NCBI RefSeq assembly: GCF_009914755.1
Contig: NC_060938.1
DNA length: 64,000 nt
DNA from: the human T2T-CHM13v2.0 reference genome, Homo sapiens
Direction: 5' to 3' (one strand)
In this document: positions 55,544 to 64,000 of the stretch, in pieces
Position numbering within the stretch: position 1 is the first letter of the stretch
Layout of the letters: every line of letters starts with the position of its first letter
The notes under the pieces: generated by a model
Told to the model about the DNA's origin: nothing
Databases searched by the model: none
Seen by the model: the letters and a program-made list of their open reading frames with translations, nothing else
Made by a program: the position numbers and the translations under genes

Positions 55544-56383
55544 TTGAGATACTCTTTTTGTGGAATCTGCAATTGGGTATTTCGGTCTTCTTGAGGCTTA
55601 TGATGGAAAATGAAATATCTTCACATGAAAACTAGACAGGAGAATTCTGAGAAAGTTCTTTGTGAATTGTACATTCATCTCACAGTGTTGAACATTTCTT
55701 TTTATTTAGAAGTTTGAAAACACTCTTTTTGTAGATTCTGCAAGTGGACATTTGGAGAGCTTTTTGGCTTATGGCATAAAAGGAAATATCTTCATATCAA
55801 ATCTAGACAGAAGCACTCTGGGAAACTTCTTTCTGATGTGCGCTTTCACCTCAATGAGTTAAGCCTTTCTTTTGATTGAGGAGTTTCGAAACTCCTTTTA
55901 TAGAATCTGCAACTCGACATTTGGAGTTCTTTTTGGCCAATGGTGGAACAGGATATATCTTCACGTAAAAATTAGACAGAAGAATTCTGAGAAACTACTT
56001 TGTGAAGTGTGCGTTCATCTCACAGAGTTAAACCTTTCTTTTGACTGAGCAGTTTTGAACCTCTCTTTTTGTAGAATCTGCAAGTGGGCATTTGGAGCGC
56101 TTTGAGGCCTATGGTGGAAAAGGAAATATCATCACATAAAAACTAGACAGAACAATTCTGAGAAACTTCTTTGTGATGTGTGTATTCATCTCAAAGAATT
56201 GATCTTTTCTTTTGATTGAGCAGTATGGAATCACTTTTTGTAGAATCTGCAAGTGGACATTTGGAGCACTTTGCTGCCTATGGTAGAAAGGGAAATATCT
56301 TCACATAAAATTTAGAAAGAAGCACTCTGAGAAACTTCTTTCTGTTGTGTGAATTCAACTCACAGAGTTAAACCTTGCTTTTT
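55544..56383 (+). repeat. Divergent alpha satellite (about 5 monomers) of the gtggacatttgg type, left of the L1
   Basis: 171-bp periodic alpha monomers with ctgcaagtggacatttggag, unlike the gggatatttgtgagc type further left. Confidence 0.96.
56370..56383 (+). repeat. L1 target-site duplication, left copy (aaaccttgcttttt)
   Basis: Identical 14-mer at 60166-60179; removing the insert restores the alpha monomer gagttaaaccttgctttttattgagcagttttg. Confidence 0.93.

Positions 56384-64000
<7,617 letters not shown>

Noticed and set aside
40314-55547. Long hydrophobic, Cys/Tyr-rich repeat ORFs up to 309 aa
   Set aside because: The 42-bp unit is 14 codons and lacks stops in some frames; ORFs end wherever 44-bp units shift the frame.

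Overview
Primate (most likely human) pericentromeric heterochromatin with no functional protein-coding gene. From left to right: (1) 1-6689, a decayed DNA-level copy of the ribosomal DNA repeat: IGS-type antisense Alus joined by a large deletion to a partial 5'ETS, then 18S, ITS1, 5.8S and an ITS2 that stops before 28S; (2) about 1.9 kb of euchromatic-type sequence with an old L1M 3' end and a MIR; (3) about 31.5 kb of divergent monomeric alpha satellite with no CENP-B box seen, switching strand at 27054; (4) a 15.4 kb AT-rich 42-bp satellite (HSat1A/SAR-like); (5) a different alpha satellite type interrupted by a 3.8 kb 5'-inverted (twin-primed) L1PA with a 14-bp target-site duplication. The supplied ORFs are by-products of GC-rich spacers, satellite periodicity or broken L1 ORF2. 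I found no evidence of a new gene system. The most interesting signals are structural, above all a reconstructable ~18.5 kb inversion of alpha satellite. All comparisons to reference rDNA, L1, Alu and satellite consensus sequences are from memory, not from alignments.
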